A DNA stretch of 64,000 bases, from contig JBAYVE010000001.1 of the NCBI GenBank assembly GCA_041674765.1, positions 134,177 through 198,176 of the forward strand, written 5' to 3'. Each line of letters starts with the position of its first letter. Within the stretch, counting starts at the first letter, position 1. The notes under the pieces are model-generated. The model saw only the letters and a list, made by a program, of their open reading frames with translations, made no database searches and had not been told where the DNA came from. Shown in pieces: positions 20,382 to 30,028 of this stretch. A program made the translations under genes and the position numbers. The stretch is from Patescibacteria group bacterium. Lineage in GTDB: Bacteria > Patescibacteriota > UBA1384 > XYA2-FULL-43-10 > 1-14-0-10-43-13.

Positions 20382-21446
20382 ATGGCCAAGAAAGAAATAG
20401 AGGAAGCAAAAATAAGTGAAGGGAAAAACGAAGCGCTCAAAGCCGCATTGATGACAATCGAAAAGCAGTTTGGTAAAGGGGCGATAATGACGCTGGCTGA
20501 TCAGGCATCGTTAAAAGTAGATTCGATTTCAACAGGCTCATTTTCGTTGGATTTGGCTCTTGGGATCGGCGGATTGCCGAGAGGAAGGGTGGTTGAAATT
20601 TATGGACCTGAGTCTTCGGGCAAAACCACGCTCGCCATTTCCACAGTTGCTCAGGCACAAAAGCTTGGTGGCAGTTGCGCTTTTATCGACGCCGAACATG
20701 CTTTCGATCCAGAATATGCCAAGAATATTGGGGTAAATCTCGATGATCTACTAATTTCTCAGCCTGATAACGGTGAACAGGCCTTGGAAATTTGTGAAAC
20801 ATTGGTACGTTCAAACGCGCTCGATGTAATCGTCGTCGACTCGGTGGCAGCGCTTGTTCCAAGGGCCGAAATTGAGGGAGAAATGGGTGACTCGATGATG
20901 GGCGTCCAAGCCAGACTGATGTCGCAGGCTCTTCGAAAATTAACTGGTGCTGTCTCAAAATCCAAAACAGTTCTCATCTTTATCAACCAGATCCGTATGA
21001 AAATTGGTGTTATGTTTGGCAATCCAGAGACTACAACCGGCGGTAATGCGCTGAAGTTTTACTCTTCCGTCAGACTGGATATCCGCCGCAAAGCCGCTTT
21101 AAAAAAAGGTGATGATACGGTTGGCAACAATGTCACAGTGAAAGTTGTCAAGAATAAAGTTGCTCCACCATTCAAAACTGCGGAATTTGATCTGATGTTT
21201 GGCACCGGCATTGATTTCGAAGGTGAGATTCTCGACTCTGGCGTGAAATTCGGCATCGTCGAAAAAGCCGGCTCATGGCTTTCTTATAACGGCGAGAAAT
21301 TAGGACAGGGTAAAGAGGGTGGCAGAGCATTCCTGAAGAAAAATCCTCAAATTACAGAGGAAATCAAAAACGGTATCTTGGCAAAGGTAAAAGCCGACAA
21401 AGAAGATGACAAGGCAGCAGCAGCCGAAAATCAGCCCCAAGGTTAG
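20382..21446 (+). CDS. recA: recombinase RecA
   Basis: Start chosen at ATG 20382 with an AGGAGA Shine-Dalgarno; the ORF-track start at 20367 is a TTG. Walker [10 protein letters not shown] and RecA loops. Confidence 0.95.
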   Translation: MAKKEIEEAKISEGKNEALKAALMTIEKQFGKGAIMTLADQASLKVDSISTGSFSLDLALGIGGLPRGRVVEIYGPESSGKTTLAISTVAQAQKLGGSCAFIDAEHAFDPEYAKNIGVNLDDLLISQPDNGEQALEICETLVRSNALDVIVVDSVAALVPRAEIEGEMGDSMMGVQARLMSQALRKLTGAVSKSKTVLIFINQIRMKIGVMFGNPETTTGGNALKFYSSVRLDIRRKAALKKGDDTVGNNVTVKVVKNKVAPPFKTAEFDLMFGTGIDFEGEILDSGVKFGIVEKAGSWLSYNGEKLGQGKEGGRAFLKKNPQITEEIKNGILAKVKADKEDDKAAAAENQPQG

Positions 21447-21504
21447 CCTCTATTTACTCTTCGAACGTCAGTAGCTTTCCATTTAAAAGAGGGGAGTAAA
21501 TTAG

Positions 21505-21957
21505 ATGAAGAAATCTCCACTTCAATATGCGCTGGATCTGATTGCGATGAGGGACAGAACTGTTGCCGAAATCCGCAAGAAAATGAAGGAGAAGGAATTT
21601 TTGCCGGAGGACATTGAGGCCACCGTTCAAAATTTAATCGATAAAAAATTTCTTGATGATGAGCGGTTCGTCGAAAATTTCATCCGGTCAAAACAGTTAG
21701 GCGGGAAAAGCGGTATCTTCAAAATAAAGTTCAAATTAATCAATCTGGGTATAAATAAAGATCTGATTGAAAAATACTTGAACGATGATGAAGAATGGCA
21801 ATACAATAATGCTAGAGAACTGGCGGAGAACTGGTTAGAAAAGAAGCAGTCGGTAGAACCAGCGAAAAGATACGGCCGATTAGGCAATTTTCTAGCAGCG
21901 AGGGGATTCAGTCTGAGCGTTATAAAAAAGGTTCTAAATGAGTTGCTTAAAAGTTAA
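21505..21957 (+). CDS. recX: recombination regulator RecX
   Basis: Lies immediately downstream of recA. LQYALDLIAMRDRTVAEIRKKM three-helix repeat architecture. Confidence 0.8.
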   Translation: MKKSPLQYALDLIAMRDRTVAEIRKKMKEKEFLPEDIEATVQNLIDKKFLDDERFVENFIRSKQLGGKSGIFKIKFKLINLGINKDLIEKYLNDDEEWQYNNARELAENWLEKKQSVEPAKRYGRLGNFLAARGFSLSVIKKVLNELLKS

Positions 21958-22020
21958 CCTTTCTTTTAATTTTAATTCTTAATTTTCAATTTCTATTCAA
22001 ATCCTAAATTCAAATTATTA

Positions 22021-22380
22021 ATGGCAGAATTAAATAATTACAATCTCGAAGAGAGAACGGCAAAGTTTGGAGAAGACATTATTAAGTTCTGCCGTGAATT
22101 GAAGTTTAATGTAATAACTGAGCCAATCATCAAGCAAATAATTCGCTCCGCTACCAGTATTGGTGCCAATTATATGGAAGCAAATGGTGCTTGTTCAAAA
22201 AGTGATTTTAAGAATAAAATATTTATTTGCAAGAAAGAGACAATGGAGACAAAACATTGGCTTCGAATACTGTCGTCGGCACTGCCAGAAAAGGCAGATA
22301 AATTAAGAGGATATTGGAAAGAAGCTCAAGAACTAACATTAATATTTTCAAAGATTGCTGCCAGCTCAAACAAAAAGTAG
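22021..22380 (+). CDS. four-helix-bundle protein (23S rRNA intervening-sequence protein family, TIGR02436-like)
   Basis: ERTAKFGEDIIKF...IRSATSIGANYMEANGACSKSDFKNKIFICKKETMETKHWLRIL matches the family signature. Confidence 0.8.
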   Translation: MAELNNYNLEERTAKFGEDIIKFCRELKFNVITEPIIKQIIRSATSIGANYMEANGACSKSDFKNKIFICKKETMETKHWLRILSSALPEKADKLRGYWKEAQELTLIFSKIAASSNKK

Positions 22381-22467
22381 TTAGAAATTTAATTTAAAAA
22401 TTGATTAAAAATTAAGAATTAGAAATTAAAAATTATAGAATAACGATTAATTTATTTTTGGAGGGTT

Positions 22468-24813
22468 ATGGCATCTAAGTTGAAGTATGTTCTCTGGTTC
22501 AAGGAAATCGGTAAGGACGATATTCCGTTAGTCGGCGGCAAAGGCGCCAATCTTGGTGAGCTCACGAAGGCTGGCATTCCGGTGCCGAATGGTTTTTGCG
22601 TCACGGCTCAGGCTTACTACCACTTTTTGAAGAAGACCGGCATTGAAAACCAAATCAATAAACTTTTGAAAGGTCTAAATCCGGAGGATAACAAAAAGTT
22701 GAATAAAGTTGCTAAGGAAATTAAAAAGATTATCCTTGGAGCAGAAATTCCTGACGATCTCTCGAAAGCAATCGAAGAATCCTATTATCAGCTTGGCAGT
22801 TTCCCGGTGGCTGTCCGCTCTAGCGCTACTGCCGAAGATTTGCCAGAAGCCTCATTCGCCGGCCAGCAGGCGACTTTTCTGAACATCAAGGGCAAGAAAA
22901 AGGTGGTAGAAGCCACTTTGGCTTGTTATGCCTCCTTATTCGAAGCTAGAGCTATTTACTACCGGATTATCAACAAATATGACCACATGAAGATTGGCTT
23001 GTCAGCAGTCGTCCAAAATATGGTTCAGTCTGACAAATCGGGCATTCTCTTTACTGTCGACCCTGTTTCAGAAGACGCCGGCAAAATGGTAATCGAAGCA
23101 GGCTATGGCCTAGGAGAGGCAATAGTTTCCGGGTCTGTCACGCCGGACCGTTATATTATCGATAAATCAAAATCAGAAATTATTGACAAAGAAATAAACC
23201 GTCAGACTTGGAAAATTGTACATAATATTGAAGGGGGAGACAAGCATTTGGCAGTGTCGAAAAGCCTTCAATCCAAACAAAAAATCACCGATGAAGAGGT
23301 ATTAAAATTGGCGGAAATCGCCCTAAAAATCGAAAAACATTATGGCAAACCGCAAGATACAGAGTGGGCAATTGAAGACAGCGTAGTCTATTTCGTCCAA
23401 TCCCGTCCTATCACCACATTAAATAAAAAGTCAATCCATTCGGCAGGCTCCGGACAAGCAATAAAAAGTCAAAACGAAGGTATTACCTCTGGCGATTCTA
23501 TTGAAATCGGCAAAGCAACCGTTTTGCTTAAAGGTGCCGCCGCTTCTCTCGGGATGGCTTCTGGGCCTGTCAAAATAATTCATAAGCCGACAGAGATAGA
23601 CAAAATTCAGCAGGGTGATGTTTTGGTCACAGAAATGACAACCCCTGATTTTGTGCCAGCAATGAGAAAAGCGACTGCGATAGTCACTGATACCGGCGGT
23701 CGGACTTGTCACGCAGCGATAGTTTCTCGCGAGCTTGGCATCCCATGCGTTGTTGGTACAGGGACAGCCACTCACAAACTTGCTAACGGTCAGGTTATCA
23801 CCGTCGATGGTGCGAGCGGAATGGTCTATAAGGGAAAAATTTCACAGAGTCAGACTCAAAATACAGCAAAAATCGCAGGTTCGGGTTCACAAGTCTCTGA
23901 AGAGATACCTGTTACTGGCACAAAAGTTTATGTTAATCTAGGTGAGCCTCAATTGGCCGCTGAAATTGCAAAACTTCCTGTCGATGGTGTTGGTCTTCTT
24001 CGGGCTGAATTTATGATTGCAAATCTCGGCGAGCATCCGAAGGCAATGGTAGCAGCCGGTCGTTCTGAAAAATACGTTGCTGCTCTAGTGGAAGGATTAA
24101 AAACAATTGCCGGAGCATTTAACCCGCGTCCGGTAGTTTATCGCGCAACAGATTTCAAAACAAATGAATACAGGGGACTCAAAGGCGGGGATAAATATGA
24201 GCCGGTTGAGGATAATCCGATGATTGGCTACAGGGGGGCTTCCAGATATATCGCCGAGCCCGAGATGTTTGCCCTTGAACTAAGAGCCATCAAAAAGGTT
24301 CGAGACGAATTTGATCTAAAGAATCTCTGGATTATGGTGCCATTTGTTCGCACTGTCAGCGAGATGAAAGAATGTATGGAGTTGATTGAGAAGAACGGTT
24401 TGAAACAGGGCGCTGATCTCAAAATTTGGATGATGTGCGAAGTGCCATCAAATGTAATACTCCTCGAAAAATTTCTTGATCTTGGCATTGATGGGATATC
24501 AATTGGTTCCAATGATTTGACTCAGTTGACTCTTGGTGTTGATCGGGACAATCAAACATTGGCCAAAATCTTCGACGAACGCGATGAAGCTGTACAGCTG
24601 TCGATTGAATATGTGATCAAGACCTGCCGCAAGCGAAATGTGACCTGTTCTATCTGCGGTCAGGCTCCGAGCGTCTACCCTGAGATTACTGAAATGATGG
24701 TCAAGGCGGGCACGACTTCTGTTTCTGTCACTCCGGATATGATCATTCCAACAAAAAAACTAATCGCATCGGTAGAGAAACGAATACTGCTCTCAAAAAT
24801 TATTGAACGGTAG
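22468..24813 (+). CDS. ppsA: phosphoenolpyruvate synthase (pyruvate, water dikinase)
   Basis: ATP-grasp N-terminal domain, phosphohistidine motif TCHAAIVSRELGIPCVVG, PEP-utilising C-terminal motif GSNDLTQLTLGVDRDN. Confidence 0.9.
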   Translation: MASKLKYVLWFKEIGKDDIPLVGGKGANLGELTKAGIPVPNGFCVTAQAYYHFLKKTGIENQINKLLKGLNPEDNKKLNKVAKEIKKIILGAEIPDDLSKAIEESYYQLGSFPVAVRSSATAEDLPEASFAGQQATFLNIKGKKKVVEATLACYASLFEARAIYYRIINKYDHMKIGLSAVVQNMVQSDKSGILFTVDPVSEDAGKMVIEAGYGLGEAIVSGSVTPDRYIIDKSKSEIIDKEINRQTWKIVHNIEGGDKHLAVSKSLQSKQKITDEEVLKLAEIALKIEKHYGKPQDTEWAIEDSVVYFVQSRPITTLNKKSIHSAGSGQAIKSQNEGITSGDSIEIGKATVLLKGAAASLGMASGPVKIIHKPTEIDKIQQGDVLVTEMTTPDFVPAMRKATAIVTDTGGRTCHAAIVSRELGIPCVVGTGTATHKLANGQVITVDGASGMVYKGKISQSQTQNTAKIAGSGSQVSEEIPVTGTKVYVNLGEPQLAAEIAKLPVDGVGLLRAEFMIANLGEHPKAMVAAGRSEKYVAALVEGLKTIAGAFNPRPVVYRATDFKTNEYRGLKGGDKYEPVEDNPMIGYRGASRYIAEPEMFALELRAIKKVRDEFDLKNLWIMVPFVRTVSEMKECMELIEKNGLKQGADLKIWMMCEVPSNVILLEKFLDLGIDGISIGSNDLTQLTLGVDRDNQTLAKIFDERDEAVQLSIEYVIKTCRKRNVTCSICGQAPSVYPEITEMMVKAGTTSVSVTPDMIIPTKKLIASVEKRILLSKIIER

Positions 24814-25258
24814 GAATTCGATTTTTATCGTTCGAACATCGCATATTATGATTCAAACAAAGTGAGAACTAACTTAGTTTTTATATTTCAGCGGAAGATT
24901 TATCCTCTTAAAACCCCACAATAGATCCCACTTCGCTTCCTCCTTCGCTAAAGCTACGGAATGGCACGGCGAGGGACACGGTCGGAATGACTAACTATTT
25001 TGCAGTACTTAGTACTATAATCTGAAGATTTCTCCCCCTTTTCGAGGGGGAGCTAGAGGGGGTGTATTTAAATTTGTCATCCCAGGGGCAGGCAAAGTCG
25101 AAGGCCGGGGATTCAATGCCTCTTTATCGTTCGAACAAGCGAGAACTATTCTTTTTTTGTGCCTATCAAAGCAAGCGCTCTTACCTCAACCTCTTGACTG
25201 CTATGTCGATTCGGCGTATAATATATATAGAAATATCCCACAATAAGGAGGTACGGGG

Positions 25259-25687
25259 ATGTTTAGTTTTGGTGGTTCGCAGGGAATCAAGTTGTACATC
25301 AATGGCAGATTTTCTGCCCGAGGGATGACTTCGCTCAAGTTAATCAAGCGTCGAGTTATAGATAGTCGCTTGAGATCCCAATATTATCGTGCTCACATTG
25401 AGCACACCCGTGAAGTCACTCCTCAACAGAGAGAGCTATTAAGTCAACTGATGCCGTCGATCTCTTGCAAGCTCAAAACGATCGAAAGCGTCGCGATCGA
25501 CGTTTATGAGAAAAGCCGAGCCGAAGTGGTTGGCATGGTCGACCCAGTGACCGCTCGCGTTGACGTGCTGCAGGCAAGTCCTTTAGGAATTTTGCAATTT
25601 GCAGTTATTGTTGACATAACCATTCCTCGCGTCATCGACGCATGGAATGTTCCAAGTACAGAAAATAGCTGCCCCAAGGCATCTTAG
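25259..25687 (+). CDS. hypothetical protein in a GC-rich islet
   Basis: Strong Shine-Dalgarno AAGGAGG 7 nt upstream. Followed by a perfect intrinsic terminator. GC content clearly above the window average. Confidence 0.5.
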   Translation: MFSFGGSQGIKLYINGRFSARGMTSLKLIKRRVIDSRLRSQYYRAHIEHTREVTPQQRELLSQLMPSISCKLKTIESVAIDVYEKSRAEVVGMVDPVTARVDVLQASPLGILQFAVIVDITIPRVIDAWNVPSTENSCPKAS

Positions 25688-25706
25688 TCATAGCACTTAT
25701 CTTTGC

Positions 25707-25746
25707 CTTTCCCTGACCGGTTCGTCCGGTCAGGGAAAGTTTTTTA
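25707..25746 (+). terminator. rho-independent terminator
   Basis: Perfect 14-bp stem ctttccctgaccgg / ccggtcagggaaag, loop ttcgt, then a T-run. Confidence 0.75.
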
Positions 25747-25757
25747 TAAGGGAATAA

Positions 25758-26345
25758 TTATTTCTTCTTATTTTCAATCTCTTGATCTAGGTGATCGAAG
25801 ATATTGGTTAACTCTTTATTAAACTCCAGATATGGTAGGGCATAAGGTCTTCGGCTGTGAGAGCCGATATCCTCCGTTGTGCCTCGCCAAACTATTTTGT
25901 TGTTTGATACCTCTACCTGCAAGGTATAGCAGATTTTATCAAGCGCCTTTACCACTTTCGATTCGATTGTCTTGCCCTCATCATATTCTTGCCAGAGGCC
26001 ATAATATTCCTTCTGCATATCTGCCGGCAGCAAGGAAAATAACTTATCAGCGGAGATTATTTCTTTTTGCCTTTTTTTGTTCTTCTCCTGCTCTGTTTCA
26101 GGCCAAGAGTCACCAGTATATATTTCAACCAGATCATGCACAATTGCCAATTTCAGAGCTTTGAGTTCGTCAAAATTAATTCCGATTTCATCTTTCACAG
26201 TCATAATCATCAAGGCCAGATGCCATGAATGTTCGGCATCATTTTCGCGTCTTTTGCGGTCGGAAAGACAAGGGATCCGCTCAATTAGTTTGAGTTTCTC
26301 TGTCTCCTTCCAAAAAGCAATAATTTTTTGCAATCGGTTATCCAT
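25758..26345 (-). CDS. HD-domain phosphohydrolase (YfbR-like 5'-deoxynucleotidase family)
   Basis: HD motif NDAEHSWHLALMI. Start trimmed to M41 of the ORF-track entry to limit overlap with the neighbouring gene. Confidence 0.7.
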   Translation of the reverse strand: MDNRLQKIIAFWKETEKLKLIERIPCLSDRKRRENDAEHSWHLALMIMTVKDEIGINFDELKALKLAIVHDLVEIYTGDSWPETEQEKNKKRQKEIISADKLFSLLPADMQKEYYGLWQEYDEGKTIESKVVKALDKICYTLQVEVSNNKIVWRGTTEDIGSHSRRPYALPYLEFNKELTNIFDHLDQEIENKKK

Positions 26346-26368
26346 TATGTATGAGGGATTATCAATTT

Positions 26369-27229
26369 TTACCGCAGCATCATTATTCCAAAAAGAATGA
26401 TGACAATTGCTATATATTGTTTCAGCTCCAATTTTTCTCGGTAGACAAAAGCTCCGTAGATACAAACAACTAGCGGGCCAGCGGCGGCCAAAGCAGTCAT
26501 GATGCTCAAAGAATAAATTTTGATGCCCTGATAGTATGCCATCACGCCTACAATGGATAGCAAGGAAATTGCCAACACTGGTTTTATATTCGTGAAAGTA
26601 GGCTTTTCAACTCTATCTTTATTGAAAAGTAAAATAATAAACACAATCCCGAGCATCATTGTTTCCTCTAGATATGAGGTTAGGACAGCGCCCATTTCCA
26701 TTACTGGAATTCTGATCAGAAAAAAGTAAATACCCCAGCCGATAGCAGCAAGTAGGGCATAATAAATTCCGCTTGATTTTTGGAAGAGGTGAGAGTTTTT
26801 GAAATCCCTGAATTTGATAGATATCAGTAGAATGCCACAAATGATTATGGCTATTGCAAAAATTTCAGTTGCTGTAAGACGATCTTGATATGCCACCATA
26901 GCCAAGAAAGCGGTGAAGACGGTGTAAATAGATGACACGGGGCTGACAATTCCTACTTTCCCCAAATCCATTCCCTTATAAAAGAAGTAAAGCGGCCAAT
27001 AGCCGATGAAAGAGATAACAACAGTAATCAAAGCATATTTTAGTGAAAAATGAGCAAACTGGCCGGTCAAAAGTACAATGCCAAGTAGTATAACTGACAT
27101 AAAAATGCCCCGCCAGAACATAAGTTTATTCGGGCCGAAAGTCCTGATCGGCTTTTTGGAAATAGCGTTTCCAAGCCCCATTGTGACGAGAGCTAAAATT
27201 CCTAGAAATAATCCGAGAGATGCGTTCAT
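26369..27229 (-). CDS. EamA/DMT-family transporter
   Basis: Ten TM helices with duplicated EamA-like halves. Confidence 0.7.
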   Translation of the reverse strand: MNASLGLFLGILALVTMGLGNAISKKPIRTFGPNKLMFWRGIFMSVILLGIVLLTGQFAHFSLKYALITVVISFIGYWPLYFFYKGMDLGKVGIVSPVSSIYTVFTAFLAMVAYQDRLTATEIFAIAIIICGILLISIKFRDFKNSHLFQKSSGIYYALLAAIGWGIYFFLIRIPVMEMGAVLTSYLEETMMLGIVFIILLFNKDRVEKPTFTNIKPVLAISLLSIVGVMAYYQGIKIYSLSIMTALAAAGPLVVCIYGAFVYREKLELKQYIAIVIILFGIMMLR

Positions 27230-27326
27230 AATTTATAATTACCTTTTATTTCTTTATGCCTTGATAACTCGATAAACTTTTAACTAACCTTATACTTCAA
27301 GCTAATAATAACATAGATTAGATTGA

Positions 27327-27965
27327 TTAGATTTTTTCGACATTCGGTTTGACATCATATTCGTCTTTCCACTCCCAGCCGTGGGATTCGAACTTTGGTT
27401 TCAGTCTCTTTTTCAATTCCTTGAGCAACGGCTTGGAATCGGGGCAATTATTTACTGCTTTGTCGGGATATGGTGCGATCAATTCCGGATGGTCAAAACA
27501 ACTATCTCCGATTGCAGACATATGATTTATAGTCTCAATCTTGTCCAGTGCTTTGACCAGTTTTGCTTCCTCCGTTTTTCCTTCCTCGTATTCTTGCCAA
27601 AAATCATATATTTTCATACCTGATTTTTGAGGCAAGATTGATTTAAAATGATCTATTGCTTTTATTTCTGCTGCGCGCTTTTCTTCCTTCGTTTTCAAAC
27701 CGAAAGCAATAAGAGAATTATCGGTATCACCCGCTAATGCTTCTACTAAGTCGTGAATCAGTGCCATTTCCAAAGATTTTATCTTGTTCACCTTTAAATT
27801 TAATTCATCAATAGCCAAGAATACCAACATCGCCAAGTGCCAGGAATGATCGGCGCTTGACTCTTTATTTACCATCTGCGGAGTATTTCCCCAGCGTTTC
27901 GTGTTCTTCAGAGTATCCGAAACTTCAAGGAAATCAAATATTTTTTTAATTTTGTTTTCTTTCAT
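27327..27965 (-). CDS. HD-domain phosphohydrolase (paralog of 25758-26345)
   Basis: HD motif SSADHSWHLAMLVFLAIDE. Start taken at MKENKIKK (M25 of the ORF-track entry). Confidence 0.7.
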   Translation of the reverse strand: MKENKIKKIFDFLEVSDTLKNTKRWGNTPQMVNKESSADHSWHLAMLVFLAIDELNLKVNKIKSLEMALIHDLVEALAGDTDNSLIAFGLKTKEEKRAAEIKAIDHFKSILPQKSGMKIYDFWQEYEEGKTEEAKLVKALDKIETINHMSAIGDSCFDHPELIAPYPDKAVNNCPDSKPLLKELKKRLKPKFESHGWEWKDEYDVKPNVEKI

Positions 27966-28055
27966 ATCTGCTTGTCTGTCATTCCTGCGGAGGCAGGAAT
28001 CTAGGTACGAAAACGCGCCTTCTGGATCCCGGATCAAGTCCGGGATGACAAGGGG

Positions 28056-28658
28056 TTAGCTAATTAATAAATTACTGATTTCTCTCCAATTATAAACACG
28101 TTTTATATTTTTATGTTCAACGACTGGTTGGTTCCAAGGCGTATCGTACAGCAAGACAAAAACATTTTTATCAGCACAGTCTTCTGCATGCAATATTAAA
28201 TCCTCAACTAGAATATCGGCATTCAGATCATTACATATTTCTCCCTTGGATTTGCCTTCGTATCCCAAATGCTTATGGCTTGAAAAATATATTTCGTCAA
28301 AAACCTTGGGAAAATGCTGGTCTAGCCAATCAGAAGTTTTCTTCCGCAACTTATCAGGTCTGGAGGTTACTAAAGTGAGGCCAAAACCATTTTTTTTCAA
28401 TTCTAGCAGGGCAGATTGAGCCTCCGCTCTGGGTAATATCTTGTCAAAAGAAGGGCTCAAAAAAAATTCGTCTAGGACTAAGCCAATTTTTCTATAGCTT
28501 GGATCCAATATCGTCAGTCCATTGGGATCGTCTTTGGAAATATCTGTGATTTTATGAGAGGTGTTAAACTTCTGGTTATGAAAATCAAAAAACCTCTCTG
28601 TTAAATCATTCAAGACATCATCAAGATCAACGGCGATTTTTTTATTTATGTGTTTCAT
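28056..28658 (-). CDS. 5'(3')-deoxyribonucleotidase (NT5C-family HAD)
   Basis: N-terminal KKIAVDLDDVLNDL DxD motif and overall NT5C layout. Confidence 0.7.
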   Translation of the reverse strand: MKHINKKIAVDLDDVLNDLTERFFDFHNQKFNTSHKITDISKDDPNGLTILDPSYRKIGLVLDEFFLSPSFDKILPRAEAQSALLELKKNGFGLTLVTSRPDKLRKKTSDWLDQHFPKVFDEIYFSSHKHLGYEGKSKGEICNDLNADILVEDLILHAEDCADKNVFVLLYDTPWNQPVVEHKNIKRVYNWREISNLLIS

Positions 28659-28965
28659 TTAGTTTATCCCAATCCCAAACCCTTTTCTCATTAAATTCCA
28701 TTTTCTTTTTTATCTCTTGTTCAATATCAATCTCGAATACTCCGGCCAGGTTTAGCACTCGGATAATTATATCCGCCAGTTCCTCCTTGAAGCCGTCCTT
28801 TCCGTCAATATTTTTTCTTCGGTAAGCTTCGTAAGCTTCCGAAACTTCGGAATGAATCAGGGCTATCTTTTCGGCGACATTAATTTCCTTAAGGTTAGTA
28901 CCAAAGCCTTTTCTTTCGGCCTGAGCCATAATTTCACCAATTAAATCGTTCAAGCTTTTACTCAT
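28642..28965 (-). CDS. MazG-like nucleotide pyrophosphohydrolase
   Basis: IALIHSEVSEAYEAYRK...EELADIIIRVLNLA is an all-alpha NTP-PPase EExxE/D motif pair. Start trimmed to M19 of the ORF-track entry. Confidence 0.7.
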   Translation of the reverse strand: MSKSLNDLIGEIMAQAERKGFGTNLKEINVAEKIALIHSEVSEAYEAYRRKNIDGKDGFKEELADIIIRVLNLAGVFEIDIEQEIKKKMEFNEKRVWDWDKLNETHK

Positions 28966-29368
28966 TTCTAAATGATTGGAATTCATCAACCGTTGTTTGG
29001 TATAATTTGCCTTCGACATTAGCCGCGATTGTCATATTATGATCTCCGCGTAGAGCACCCTTCAATATCTCCTTACTGGTAAACTCGCTGAAAGCCAATG
29101 AAAGGACTTTGGTACCGTTTTCTCTGTCATGGCCGATGAAGGTGATGATAGGGTTACTACCAGATTCGATTGCAGCTAACAGCGCTTCCCGTGAAAGCGG
29201 AGCGTGGGCTGTTTCGTCTGCCACCGGGGCTGGTTCGCCGCTTGTAACAGGAATTGGGCTGGCTAGATCTATCCTGTCAAATGATAGTTGACCCTCGGGG
29301 GCCTTTCTCGCCTGAGGAATGTCGGGAGAAACTTCTGGATCCCTGGTAATGTCTTGCTCTCTGTTCAT
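28958..29368 (-). CDS. hypothetical protein (Pro-rich N-terminal half, GC-rich)
   Basis: ORF only. No recognisable motif. Confidence 0.35.
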   Translation of the reverse strand: MNREQDITRDPEVSPDIPQARKAPEGQLSFDRIDLASPIPVTSGEPAPVADETAHAPLSREALLAAIESGSNPIITFIGHDRENGTKVLSLAFSEFTSKEILKGALRGDHNMTIAANVEGKLYQTTVDEFQSFRNE

Positions 29369-29380
29369 AGGAACTCCTAT

Positions 29381-30028
29381 TTATATTAAGTATTTTTCTA
29401 ATTCGTCTAAATTATCAACTATCAAATCAGGCTTCAGAGCCGCCAAAAATTCCTTGCTTTGTAACCCAGTCGCTACGGCAGCCGATAATATGCCGGCTTT
29501 TTTTGCCGCTTTGATGTCATTGGCATGATCTCCGACATAAATAATTTCATCCTTCAACACATTATACTTCTCTATGCAATCAAAGAGAAGCTGTTCTTTC
29601 GTCTGTTCAGTATCAGAATGGCAAACGAAATCAAATTCCAAGCGGTCATTGTGGCCGTTTTCTAGGACATTTTGAATCACACCAGTGTTATTGCCTGTCA
29701 CGATACCCAGGATTTTCCCATTCTGCCGCAGTGAAGTAATAAAATTTTGAGCAATAATTTCTACATCAGCAAAATGCTTGGTCATATATTCGATCGTCAA
29801 TTTTTCTACTTCCTGCCAAGAGAGGGTTGTGTCAGGATTATTTTGAACCATCAGCCTGGCATTGCCGGCGACGCTAGAGCCCCAGGCCTGTTCCTCGGAA
29901 ATGCCTTGGAACTTCAAGTTATGTTTTTTATCAAGATCGATCCTAACTTTTTTAAAAATATCAAAAGAATCGATCAATGTCAGATCGAAGTCAAAAATTA
30001 CTGCTTTTACATGTCGTCTTCGATTCAT
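29381..30028 (-). CDS. HAD-family hydrolase (phosphatase)
   Basis: Motif I VIFDFDLTLIDS. Later motifs KILGIVTGN and VGDHANDIKAAKKAG. Confidence 0.8.
   Translation of the reverse strand: MNRRRHVKAVIFDFDLTLIDSFDIFKKVRIDLDKKHNLKFQGISEEQAWGSSVAGNARLMVQNNPDTTLSWQEVEKLTIEYMTKHFADVEIIAQNFITSLRQNGKILGIVTGNNTGVIQNVLENGHNDRLEFDFVCHSDTEQTKEQLLFDCIEKYNVLKDEIIYVGDHANDIKAAKKAGILSAAVATGLQSKEFLAALKPDLIVDNLDELEKYLI

Noticed and set aside
28642-29019. Long (125-aa) form of the MazG-like ORF overlapping the upstream hypothetical gene by 62 nt
   Set aside because: The internal Met (MSKSLNDLIGEIMAQ...) gives a canonical MazG-like protein of about 107 aa and removes the overlap, so the shorter start is preferred.
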